Source: Tubiluchus corallicola (taxonomy: Eukaryota; Animalia; Priapulida). From it: a DNA stretch of 64,000 nucleotides. The position numbers and the translations under genes were made by a program. Of the stretch, positions 1 to 12,165 are shown piece by piece. The stretch's first letter is position 1. Each line of letters starts with the position of its first letter. The notes beneath the pieces are model-generated. The model was not told where the DNA came from, ran no database searches, and saw only the letters and a program-made list of their open reading frames with translations. The stretch is taken from positions 248,001-312,000 of the forward strand of contig JAQGDQ010000133.1 of the NCBI GenBank assembly GCA_030141605.1. Reading direction: 5' to 3'.

Positions 1-28
1 CTAATTTAATTTTTAATTTTCTTTACAG

Positions 29-71
29 CTTATCGACGAAGGACATTCATCTTGTGGTAAACTCTTACTCA
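29..71 (+). other. Possible 43-nt plus-strand internal exon
   Basis: CTAAT branch-like motif, poly-T tract and ttacAG acceptor at 1-28; CA|gtaagt donor at 72. No partner exons identified. Confidence 0.3.
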
Positions 72-121
72 GTAAGTGAGAAGTTTTTCGCTGTGTCTTC
101 ATTTAAAATTTGCGCCGCCAT
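69..121 (-). CDS. Possible first coding exon of a minus-strand gene leaving the window (MAAQILNEDTAKNFSLT...)
   Basis: acgATGGCGGCG start context (also a YY1-like motif), 53 nt open, then a GA|gtaaga donor. It overlaps a competing plus-strand exon signal (29-71), so the call is ambiguous. Confidence 0.35.
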
Positions 122-899
122 CGTCTGCTACCAAGCTGATTTAGAGGCGTAAACTTGTTATATAGCAGCCCGATATGCATGTGTAAATTAAAATTGCTGC
201 AGTAGACTCATCAAGCCGAACTTAATGCCACTAAAGTTCTCAGCAGCCAAATTCTCACTTGGTTCTTCTTGTAGTTGCATTTTTAATAAAATTTTAAAAA
301 TAATGACAAACTTTCCAATCACCCCGTGTAAAAATCCTTCATCAAAACATTAAAAGTAAACAATATAGTAATAATAATAATAGCACAAGTAATATGTTAA
401 ATGGTTAAAAAATAACTTTAAACCTTTCGCTTTACAAAATTGTGTAATTGTGCAATCAGTATTTCAACTTATGAAATTACATAAAGCAACAAAGTATACA
501 AAATTCTCGGCTGAAACAGGAAATGCAAGAACAGAATAAAACTAAGTTTAAGTTTTTACTTTAATTTTCGTAATAATAATGAAAGAAAACACATACGATG
601 AGAATAAGAAAGTAATTCATTGAAGTAAAAGTTCGCAACACACACTTACCTATGTGAAGCACCTGTGTGTCACTTTCTTTCATCTCTCTGCGAGCTTCTC
701 ACTTGAATATCGCTGTTCACCTGTCTCTAGCGCAGAAGGACTGGCGGGGATACGTGGATGGAAACACTCCCAGACTCCTTGCTGTTTTAATTATTAAAAT
801 CGAACTCCGCAAATGATAGGCAGGTTAACGCGAATGAGCACTCGTTGTCGCTGACACAACATTAGTAACTCTGGTAGAGATTTTGCTCGTCTTCCCAGT

Positions 900-1030
900 C
901 AATTGGTCAACATCTCAAAAGCCTCCCAGTAAATATGCAAATTAGTTTGGCAATAATAGGAGGAGGCGGTCCCTAAAGTTATTGCATGTTAGAATGGATA
1001 AAATGTATTTTCGGACGAGTCACGTGACTG
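900..1030. promoter_or_regulatory. Promoter-like motif cluster: CCAAT (ATTGG), octamer ATGCAAAT, palindromic GTCACGTGAC E-box (USF/TFEB CLEAR-type)
   Basis: Motifs read directly at ~902, ~935 and 1019-1028. A minus-strand ag|gtaagt donor at 649 suggests a non-coding first exon at ~900-650. Confidence 0.4.
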
Positions 1031-2302
1031 CGTGCTTCCTTAAAAGCGTGCTACTTCTTAAGTGGCGGTGCCCTTTAAACTTTTTAGAGGTAAAATCGTA
1101 CAGTCTGAGTCAATACTTTATAGGATGATTCGGGTAAAAAAGTAATTATTTGGAAAAGCTGATCTCTCACAAAATTAATGAAATAGTGCTTAATCAATGA
1201 TTTGCCCAACTGCGTCTTTTAAGATTAAAATATAATGTCTGAGTCCACGAAAGTGAATTTAGCAGGAATCTAATTCGACTTTGTACACATTGAATTACTT
1301 TAACTGTGTTGTAATAAAAAGACGATTTTAATTATTCAAATATTTATAATTTTAGTACTTAATATAAATATAAATATTGAATACAAATATTTAACTAATT
1401 ACCCACCGACTGTTCTAAATTGTAATTCCGGTTAAGCCTGCGTTTTGCAAGTTTAATAATTCGGAATTCGTTCATATACTGACGTATACCTTTTGAGTGA
1501 CATGCGTTGCTAAATTTAAACAAAAATGATTTCTTACGTGTAAAATCCAAAGATGACACGAGACTACAATACTACGAAAGTTTGTGTCTGTGGTGTTTAT
1601 TTTTGTTTTGTTTGATGAGTAATATACTACTTGGGCCTTATAGAAATCCATTTTACGTTTAATAATTTGGTTTGCTACATGTTAGTTTCAGCACTTACAA
1701 GTACTTTTAATTATCAAATTTTTATGTTATCTAACGTTTGCCAAAAATGAAAAGCCATAAAAATAAAAGGAAGGATGTTAGTGTTTCAGTATTTTGAGTA
1801 TATTAATGTACTATTTCTGCCATGTTTTCACTATAATTATTGTCTACTACTAGTAGAAGCAAACGTGACATTAAAGTTTTAGTCTTTTTTACAACAACCT
1901 CTGCAATTCGTACATAGCCTGCATTAAACAAGTTAATAACTAATTCTGTATTTAGGTATACAGTTGTTACCAATTTTCAATATAACAGTAAGATCACTAA
2001 ACGTTACACTTGTAAAAAAACAACAGAACAAAGACCGTGTTTCCAATGTACTATGAGGTAAATTTACCTTCCTGCAGCTACTTTATTTAATTGTTAATTC
2101 AATTTTAAAACTTACTACAGATAAAACAGTTCATATAACATTTAACAACAACACACGTTGTTATTTACAGGTATTTCCTCACTCATTAATATTGTAAAAT
2201 TTAATAATAATGTTAATTAATGATGGAACGAATTGTATACAGTATATAAATAGAATACATTAAAAATAATAACAAAACAGTGAAAATTTTCTGCTTTGCA
2301 TG

Positions 2303-2304
<2 letters not shown>

Positions 2305-2377
<73 letters not shown>
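2305..2377. repeat. (TA)n microsatellite
   Basis: Pure TA run. Confidence 0.95.
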
Positions 2378-2379
<2 letters not shown>

Positions 2380-2426
2380 CTTTAAAATTACTATATATTG
2401 CTACTAAATAGGTGCTCCACATACAA

Positions 2427-2640
2427 AAGCAGCAGCAGCAGCAGGAGGAGGACGAGGAGGGGAGAAAGAGAAATAAAGAAGAGGATAGAGATGATAACGA
2501 TGACGATGATGACAATAATGATGATCATTGTAGTGACAATGACGACGACGACGACGATGGTGATGATTATAATGATGACGATGGTAAAGATGGTGAAGAT
2601 AATGATAATGATTGTTACCGTAGTGACAACATTGATGACA
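2427..2640. repeat. Mixed CAG/GAG/GAT/GAC trinucleotide low-complexity tract
   Basis: Degenerate triplet repeat; it generates spurious ORFs in several frames. Confidence 0.85.
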
Positions 2641-5600
2641 TTAAGCAATATGCTGTACATTATTTATTATTTAATTATTATTATTAATTCGAAATAAAGT
2701 GAGAAAAGCCATTTTTACACAATACAGAACCGCGTTTTTAATCATTGTAATTATTTGTACAAAAGGCATTCAAACAAATGACTTGTCAACTTGTTGTTGC
2801 GGTATGCTTTGAAAATATGAAACGTATACCTGCTGCCTAAAATGACAATGATTACTTTTCACCATATTTGGTCGCAATACAAGGCCGCGCGCATGTAACA
2901 AAGTAAATGGGTATCAAATATTGAAACAGATAAGCTGAACAATAGACATTGTAACTGGTCGATTAAAAGAGGATGGGGATGGCTCCGAGCGCTTGCAGAT
3001 GTGCAAACAGGGAAAATGCGCAACCAACAAAGTTTGGCATTATCTTTGTCGTGTGCGCCTATCGCTTGCCGTTTCCGATTTCGCATTTCCTACGTTTGAA
3101 CTTTACACCACGTTTGGAAACTGTTCACATGGGTAAATACTCTCCAATGTTTGTGAGACAATTTGGTCTCGTGTCACAATGATCCTGGCTGATACTTATC
3201 CGGTCACTTCAGTTGAAGTGGTCTTGTCCATGACTGTACACTGGTCAACAAGGCAGGCGGACACTGATGAAAGGAACTCACTTTAGAACAAGAGCCACTG
3301 AACACCGAACTAAAGCAGTCAGCTGTAATTATGCAGAGCTTCTACACTTGAAGGGGCAGCTGATTTAAAAACCAGAGATGCCTGAAGACACTTAATTATA
3401 AGTAGAACATAGCCCATTGTCACTAACATTTTAATAGTAGGCCTATACATTTTATAAGCTTAAGTTAAGCTCTAGCTAATACAATAAAAGTCGAAAGTGC
3501 AAATTTGAATGCTCGGAATTTATCGATTTTGACTAAATGTTAGAAGTTAAGATCACACTAGATATTATCAATAAACATTTATATTGATTTGCATAACGTT
3601 TGCCCTGGACTGGAATATAAAGCCAGAAACATAAAATACTAAAAACATGCATTTTTAACAGTTATCTCTATTGCGTTTCTTTTAAGGAGGTCTGGTGACA
3701 CTTTTCTGTTGTCACCAGTAAGTTGTCATGGATATTGTTGCTTCGGGTTAATGTTTAAGAAAATTGGGATCATTCTGCTTAAACACAGCAGAATTTCTGG
3801 ATGTAATGAATTGAACGAAAAACGATAATTGAAAAGATTCTTAAAATTACGTTTTAGCTGGAGGCTATTAACAGCAGAAAAACTGGAAAATAAAGCGTCA
3901 AAGATGGGAAAAGGCTAAAATTAATAGCAATACAGCAATAGCGACAAATTTGCCAAAAGTCTTAAAAACATATTTTAAACGAATGACTCGTGAAAGACAC
4001 GTTTAAAGTTACGGGTCTTGTCACTAATAGCTCTGCAAAGTTTGTTAATAATCGTCCAAGCTATCACCTTGTAAAGTCTAAAATCAAACAATTTAACAGA
4101 CTTTCAATACGAAACGCAAACAGCTGAGACAAGGCATGGGTCTTATTATCCTCGCAAGTGAATTCCTAATTTGAAGGCTTTTCTCACCATATGACAATGA
4201 AAAGAGGAACCACATGGAGCGCTGCGTGTGCGAGCTGTAAGGTTTCAAGCAATCAGCGTCCCAGATATTTTGTGCCAACTTAGCTGAGATAACAAAAAAA
4301 GAAGAAAAATCGCGTGTGTTTCCTCACCACAACACGCAGGCTGACATTTATATGGTTAATCATAACGATCTAACCGAGGTCATTTGCAGAATTCTTAGGA
4401 GCTTGCCCAGATTAAGATGGTTCGCATTGGGAAAGCAACAGTTCGGAAGAAAATCAATTTTAGTTATTTATATCGTCACGTGATCTGTCGAAATATAAAC
4501 ACAATATATACAGCGTATATCTGTAGGAATGTCTGTAGGAATTTCTGCCACATTAAGAATTTGTTAGCACGCTTGTTAATAAATGGCAAATGCACATTAG
4601 AACTTAATCATAAAAACCTTGATTACTATGCTTCAAGCAATTAAATTATGTAGAAGTGTTCTAGGAATAGCTATAGTCGTTAAAAAGAACAAAAATAACC
4701 ATGTCTTGAAAAGATAGAGGATCGTTTTCCAGAAATGTAGGAAGAGCACATCATAGCCTATTATTGTCAGTAGGCCTCTACTCCAGTACATTCAATATTA
4801 TATTATACGTTAAGAAAAAAATCTTTCCTTTCAACTCTTTGTATGTTTTTTATTGTGAATTTCTGAGTTTTATTGACAACACTGCATTTTTGTGGAGTTT
4901 TGTAACCAGAAATAAAACTTAAAACACCATATCATATATGTATATATTTATGTATTTATATACATATACAAATATATATATATTGTTCAACTGACCATGA
5001 TAGCATAAGTTTCTCGTGAAATATTCGTGCCTAGAGTTTGATGAATCTATCGCAATAAAATCATGTGCTACACGAAGGGTATTAAAAGATACTGAAAAAT
5101 AACTGGAAATGTTTTGTCAGATTATTATAAGATCAATGGCAACACCTGAGGCAGGGCGAAGGCTCGCCATTTCCCTCTTCTCTAAGTACCTGTTTGCATG
5201 CCTTGTGTCATTAATATTGATAATAACGATATAATCAAGAGGCTGAAGTTGATTTAGCAGGAGTATCACCTGAAGTGACGTGAACTAATAACAAAGATGT
5301 AGTCTGCCTGATGCAAACTACATTTCAGCATTTTTTATTTTCCAGAAATCGAGTAACAGTAAAAAGAGAGAAATACGCATTTAATGAATAAAACGCATAA
5401 TTATGTTTGGTCAATCTGATAAGCCACACCGTTACATCACACTACAAAACCTTCCAACACAGCCACACAGATGTTCAATTTACACAAACTATAGTAATAC
5501 ACATTACACATACAAAAACAAATACATTTTGATGGTTCTGCGACTCCTTTTCGTAGTACTTCGTGGAAACTCCTTGAAAATAAGGTATATTTCGATCCTA

Positions 5601-8069
5601 CTACAACTACACTGTTTGGTGAAATTAGTCTGAGTGGAAAAATAGTCTCACACAGATTAATTTTAAAATTTATTAGTGTGTTTCGAAAATAGTATGTGTT
5701 GCACTGCGCAGCTCAGTTCTTGAGGACATGAATTTCATAAAACAAAGGATAATTTGGCATCCCGGCAGAATATGGCATGACTTTTGTTAAGAAAGCAATG
5801 ATACGCACTGACCTGGTGCTGGATGCAGACGACAAATTGCACTAAATAGAGTACTAACATAACAAGTCCCCTTCCCCACCGATGAGTGCTGGATGTATCG
5901 GCTTGCAGTGTTCTAAAAACACAGTTATTAAGATCTCGTTAAACTGGCATTATGTGCTGCACTTTAGCTTCACATTCAATTTGTTTATGATCAAATGCGC
6001 AAAAATTGCGTATACGTTGTTTTAATTAAGTTAAGTTCCATTTATTTCAAACACAAAGTTCATAAAGCATATTTACAAGAAAAAAGTCACAATTTGCCAA
6101 TAGTTACGTAATTTTGATGTAACTTGAATATCTGAATTCATTAAGCAATAGATAATATTTTATTCAGAATTAATCAATCGTATCATAAGCAAATAACAAC
6201 ATTTTCGTAATAATACTGTAACACAAATCATGTTATCGCCGCCATGTTAAATTCCAAGGGTGGATTGAAAATCCAACTATCAACCTGTGCGAATTCACGG
6301 ATCTTTAGGCTTCTTTCAAAAGGTCATTCCCAACATGAACATGAACAAGAACAAGAACAGTAAGAACAACAGCATTCAGATAACTAGCGATTTGGTGCGA
6401 GTCCCTCGACTAATAATACGTCTGGTCACAGAATATGTTGATATGCTAGATATTATGCCATATTGCACTGTTATATTTTAAAGTGAGGTCATTTCATACA
6501 AACAATTCAGTCGACTGCGAGTTAAAATCATTGAAGCATTCAAAGGCACGACTATTAATACTAGATAATTATGGCGAAACTGGAATCTATCTTATTATCG
6601 AATTTATAGGGATTACAGAGATAGGTGTAATGAGATTCCCGTTTTGAGAATCCAGTTTTACTAAAATGACATCGACATCGAAACAACTAGGTTCTACATT
6701 CAGGTAAAATTTTAGGTGCCTTGAAAATGAATAGTAATAGTTCGAAACCGGTCTGCAATAAGAATTTTGAAGAAGTTATACTTGTTTGCTAAATAAGGAT
6801 AATTCTAAAGACTATATATTAATTTCCTTATTAAAACAGACTTCAGCGAAACGTTTTAAGAGTTTGGTGCTTCAGCTTAACAAATGGCTAGCTCACACAT
6901 TACCCAAACTGTGAAGTTGCATGATGTGAACATTCAAGTCAGAGAATTTTATTTATGATTCAAAGACGCAAATATATTTTTTGGCTGAAGTTTGGCGGAG
7001 AGAGAGAGACATCGACGTTTGGATGCACATACAATCATCCTTCCCTATAGTTGGAAGCAGTACCGTACACGAAATCGTCCAGAGACAGTCACTGATCCAT
7101 TTGCTACGTGTGGTTAGTTCTGCTTAATTAGCCACGTATACAGAGTGACGACTTAAGCTGTTTCTCTGTGCTTAAACTATGGTTTTAATATTTCAAAGGT
7201 TTGGCGTAATTAATATAAAATTTAAACACATTTTTTGGTCGGTTATCACCCTGCACTCACTGTAATGTAATTAAAAATAGTAACAACAGAAGGACGAACA
7301 AAAATTAGTGTCTTTGGTGTAGTTGGTATTGTTTGTGTCGTTGTTGTTGTTGTTATACGTCTAACGGTAAACACTCTAGATTACTCTTTGCTGTTTTATT
7401 GACAACTATTGTCCATCTGAGTTCATTTTTTAGTTTTATATCAAATTTAAACTGCACAAATAAACAATAAACAAATGTACTGTAAGAGCAAATCAATCAC
7501 TACCCATCGAAGTTTAAAGGAAAGCATACTGTTCCTTCTACACTCGTAGACGTGCACACGAACTGTACTCATACACCCACTCAGCCAGTCACGCTCATAC
7601 ACAAACACACTCACAGGCACTAACGCAACCAAACACGCACATATGTTAAGTATGATATATACGACGAGTGGCGATGGACGAGCACGAGTTAACAAAACCA
7701 GAAGTGCAGAGTTTGCAGCACAAATCAGTTCATTTCACTGCAAACAATTAAACACCTGACCACCGTGTAATGTTCCTCAGGTCTGTCATAATGTGAGAAT
7801 TGCGTGTTCTTACCTGTGTTTCTAGTGCTTACTAATCAAAGTTGAGCAGCTAGGATGCAGGGGGGAACGAGTGATTGACGTAACTGCTGTTAAGACTGAT
7901 TACGCTACTGATAGTTATCACGAACGGGTAACTTCGAGTATTCTAATTCATTTCAAAACTTCAAAATAAATTTAAACAACTTAAGGATAACAAAAAATTA
8001 AAACAGAACGACAAAAACATGGCAATTTCATATGCAACATTTTTCACAATTCACCTTTTGGCAAAGGAA

Positions 8070-8130
8070 TGCTTAGCCAGTGACGTTAAACATCATCGAG
8101 ACTGGTTAGTGAATGGATGAGCGACGGGTT
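8070..8130 (+). mobile_element. 5S rRNA-derived SINE segment
   Basis: gacgttaaacatcatcgagactggttagtgaatggatgagcgac aligns by eye to the 5S internal control region (GAAGTTAAGCAACGTCGAGCCTGGTTAGTACTTGGATGGGTGAC, consensus recalled from memory). Confidence 0.65.
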
Positions 8131-8908
8131 AAATGTTTGTTTTGGATGGTTTCTTTCGTCCTATTTATCTCGCTGAAGGAGCTGTATTCACATTAGAATG
8201 TGGCTAAGACACCTCTGCTAATCCAAACCAGATCTCAGAGGCTTAACCTTGATAATGAAATAAAGCACCAATTCTGTCACAGCCAGTAGCTCCAACAACC
8301 CGACTTTGTCACTGAATGCTGCATTGAAGTTTGTCGAATCCAACATTCCGAAATGTAATAATAATTGGCAAGTAAAAATAATTTTTTGGTAAGTAGAACA
8401 CCAGATAACTTTTTCTGCGGATAACTTTCTTCCCAGCCATTTAATTTGAGTCGCATTGTTTCTATCGATTTTGTATTGCATAGCTGTAGGTGGCGGGGGG
8501 TGGGGGGTGTATGTGTGTACAAGTTATCAAAGCGAATTTCTTTCAATTCCGGCAACCTAAAAATTATCATGATTTCTACCGAGCGTCAAGGCATTCAAGG
8601 ATAAATACGGGGAATGTTCTGTACCACACAACTCTGTTCTTCATAATATTTTATAATAGGCAACAATTTAAAAAGTTAATTAATTATATTGCTCTAATAA
8701 GTGAACTAATTAACTAATTAACAGCCTGACATGATAGACATTTTAGCAATTCGCACTGAAACTCTGTTCGCGTAACGCAATACCTACGTTACATACTACT
8801 GTGAATAACCCAGGAGTAATACTATTTAACACATGGAGTAAGATGACGTAATAAGTCCAGTAGGAGCAATGCCCTCATCTTTGTAGAGCTGGCCTTTTTG
8901 TCACCACT

Positions 8909-9020
8909 GGTTACCATGTAAACTGGTTGCTAGGAGACGGGATTGCTAGGAGATAGGTTGCTAAGTGACGAGGTTGCACAGAAACAAGGTTGCTAAGTGA
9001 TGGGGGTTGCTAAGTGACGA
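8909..9020 (+). promoter_or_regulatory. Tandem cluster of RFX X-box-like motifs (~16-bp period)
   Basis: GTTACCATGTAAAC (8910-8923), GTTGCTAGGAGAC, ATTGCTAGGAGAT, GTTGCTAAGTGAC (x2) and GTTGCTAAGTGAT. Confidence 0.45.
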
Positions 9021-9324
9021 GTCACAAAGGGATTTGATTTTCTGGGGAAACTGTGTTACATGAAGACCGGTTAGATGAGAAACCAGTTACTGGGGTAAAT
9101 CTGCCAGAAAGGGTTGATGACGTATTCCCTTTATGGGTTAAAGCTGTTAATGCAACACGTATTTAATCCTACATAAATGATCTGTGAACTATTTGATTAA
9201 ATTTATATTAATCATACAGTAATTATTGTATTGAAATTGATACAAAATTGTGCAATTTTAATAATTTTCGTTAGTTAATAAATTAGGAAAATAATAAATA
9301 AATCCTAATCCTACTAGGCAAGAA

Positions 9325-9440
9325 GCTTGGTAACTAGATTGGAAACTTGATAGCTTGACAGGAAACTGGTATGACAGCAAATTTGGCAACTTGACAGAAA
9401 AATTGGTAACTTGAGAGGAAAGTTGTTAACTTGACAGCGA
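9325..9440. repeat. ~20-bp degenerate minisatellite (aaacttggtaacttgacagg-like)
   Basis: About 5-6 units visible. Confidence 0.7.
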
Positions 9441-9621
9441 AGCGCATAAAATAACTAAGGTGGAAACGATGAGGGGAGGCAGCGGCGAATGGCAGCCAAA
9501 CTTACAATGCTATTAACGTCCAATTGCAAATAGATTTTGGGGTGTCCCTTTGGTATCGAAATTAACCATAACTTTCTTATTGTGTTTGTCTGCTTTGTCC
9601 CAAAAATTTAACTAAAGAGTG

Positions 9622-11536
9622 TTAAAACTGTCGTAAATGGTAAAGGCCAAACTGAAAAAAATGACGGAAAAAGCCGAACTGTTTGACTAGCTGGATGATC
9701 AAAATGATAAAGTTGAATTGACCAAAACCTATAAGCTTATTAAAGCATAGTTTTTTGTGTCATTTTCCATTTTTGGTCTTATTTTTATAACAATAGATTT
9801 AATTTGGCCTAAGGTAAGTCTCAGTGTACAGAATGTACTTAAACCGTGTATTGCAGGTAAGTTGTGGTTAAAACGAAAACTTCGTTAGGAGCCTGCTGAG
9901 GTTGTAGGCCTAATTATTATAAATGTATTCATTAATCTTGATTTGCTCGAGAGAACTTAGAGGCACTATAATGACTGCTGCTTGCATTTTGTAGAACAAA
10001 ATTTAATGTAGGCCCTACTGCATGGCTCGCTCGATGTAAATTAGACATACTTGGGTTATGGGGGCAGGGTGGGCATGGTAGCTTTGTACTTTTTAGTGAG
10101 TACGCCTAATTGACGTCAAACAAATTGACGGTCTATCGCTCCGCCCCCGCTGTAACTTAAGCACACTCAGCAGCATTCGGGACAACAGCTCACGAAGGAC
10201 AACAACTGTCTAAGCTAAACTAAACTAATGTCTCATCAGCAGATAAACTGATTGCACTTTTCATAAACACAAATTTGCAGACCAGCAGCTATTTTTGCAC
10301 GAAATTAATTTCAAGTAGCCAAAAAATGACTTTTAAATTTAAACAGAATGTAGAGACGAAGTTTCAAAGCACTACAAAATACAGAAACATATATTAAAGA
10401 AACTAAACCAGTTAGCCTTGGTTTACAATAAATGAGTTACAAAAGTATTGTCTTTGTTGCCTTTGAACACACGAACATCATGCCTGCGATGTATTTTCCT
10501 ATATTAACATATCATGTGCTCGTCTGCAAGATTTGTTCAGTTTTTGTATTTTTCCGTTTGTTAGGTTAGGGAAGTGGAATAAATTTGATTGTTCCATTCC
10601 ATAGACAACCCGCATGTTGAATGCCTGAGTAACAAGTCCCAATGTCATCTTTTAACCATGATTATAACCAGAAAAATAGCTTAAAATTAATAATAATACA
10701 TTAATGTATAATATAAGTTTTGACCACGTTTGAATTAATTTTGAGTGTGAAGATCTCATTGAAGTTTATAAAAACTGGCCAGAAAAGAAAACATTTTATT
10801 TTGTCCTTATTTAAAGTTAATTAAACAGCTGCTTTTATCTAACTTCCGAAGGAAAAAATTAAACTAAACTGCGTATTTTCTTGATTGCAAAATGGTTTAA
10901 TCAGCAACTCATAGACGTAAGTGTTGTGCATTTCTTTCTATAAACGAAACTGGACTGTTTATTTCCACTGATTCACTTGCAATTTCAATTATCAATAACA
11001 AAATCTAGAACCAGGCCAATATTTTTCCCGCTATCTAATGAAAAGTTGAGCATTTTTCGTAACAGTATTAGAGGCAGTTGTAGCTAATTAGCTAAATGTC
11101 CCGAACGAGCCTGGGTTAATTAAGCTGATTTGGCAGTCAACGAAAATGACTGACATTATGTTAGACGTCAGTTATGGCGGTTGATAAACAAGTAGGTTCT
11201 AGGCGCGCCTAACAAAAGGCAATAATTGCTATACACGTACTCACATCGTTTTATACTTTTTGCAATACATGCCTAGATGCAGTCATATTGCATGCACTGA
11301 TTGCAGCCATGTAGTAGTTTTAGTCCTTTACTCACCAGTATTACAAAAAATAATGCCAAAACCACCAAATTTACTTCTGGGAATAAAAAATTCAAGATAA
11401 CAAAAATGTAAAATTTCTATTATAGAGCGCATGGTCGCAGGCACTAAGGTGTCCAAATGTTAGATTTCTTTGGCAATAAATACAATTATTTTTCACGAGT
11501 ATTTTTTATAATTATGTATACACACACACGCACACA

Positions 11537-11576
<40 letters not shown>

Positions 11577-12031
11577 CACATCAATATATAAAATTTGATA
11601 TGGGCCGTATGTTAATTCCACCATTTGTTTTTTGAGTGCTCTGTTTTTAAAGGAATTAACATGCTACAATTAGTCTAACCCAAAAAATGTAAAGTAGGTT
11701 TTATATAATTATTATCTTAATAAAACACTTGGGGTTCAAGCAATTATTTGCATCATGCTTCATTAACCTGCCAGATAATTTACAGATTTGTTGAAAATGT
11801 TAATTTTAACTATATTATACGCTGTTTTGCTCGAAAATTTCTATTATACTTTATAAAACTGGTAATTTTTGCTTTTCTACAAACTGCATTAGGCCTACGC
11901 TATAAAAAATTAAGAAAGCAATCTCTCGAATATCCTTACATTCATTCCATAATGTTTTGGCTTTCTATTTTCGAGGCTAACTCACTGTCCGCCCGCCAGA
12001 CTGCTGCTACTAGTCGTTGATTTGTGCGCAT
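9622..12031 (-). CDS. Candidate spliced 38-aa single-pass membrane microprotein MRTNQRLVAAVWRADKVNLVVLALFFVILFGLYHLRQF; exons 12031-11986, 11376-11336, 9651-9622
   Basis: ATG with A at -3 next to the promoter. Splice sites: donor A|gtgagt, acceptor ttttttattcccAG, donor CTG|gtgagt, acceptor tttttccgtcatttttttcAG. Phases (1, 0) are compatible and give one continuous hydrophobic helix across two junctions. Confidence 0.55.
11519..11580. repeat. (CA)n/(CACG)n microsatellite
   Basis: Direct reading. Confidence 0.9.
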
Positions 12032-12039
12032 TTTTCAAG

Positions 12040-12165
12040 TTTTGTGCTCTCTGCGCAAAATCAGCAAGTGGCGTTCACATCCGGGCTATCGATATGTAGA
12101 ATACTAAAATGGCTGCGTTAATAAAATGGCGGCATTTTTTGCTGTAAATGTTTAGCGCGAAAACA
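12040..12165. promoter_or_regulatory. Bidirectional housekeeping/proliferation-type promoter
   Basis: DRE palindrome TATCGATA (12087-12094), YY1-type AAAATGGCTGC and AAAATGGCGGC (~12107, ~12123), E2F-type GCGCGAAA (~12155). Splice donors point outward on both strands (11985 minus, 12463 plus). Confidence 0.6.

Noticed and set aside
69-121. The idea that the downstream main ORF is MKKS/BBS6, prompted by the uORF resemblance and the X-boxes
   Set aside because: MAAQILNEDTAKNFSLT shows no recognisable similarity to MKKS, and no chaperonin-like ORF lies in the window.
2213-2697. Four overlapping ORFs (poly-YI, poly-D/E, poly-M/T)
   Set aside because: Products of TA and trinucleotide microsatellites; no splice or domain support.
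3680-4280. Possible decayed DNA-transposon (THAP/Kolobok-like) coding remnant after TTAAGGAGG
   Set aside because: No matching right end and no convincing motif could be read.
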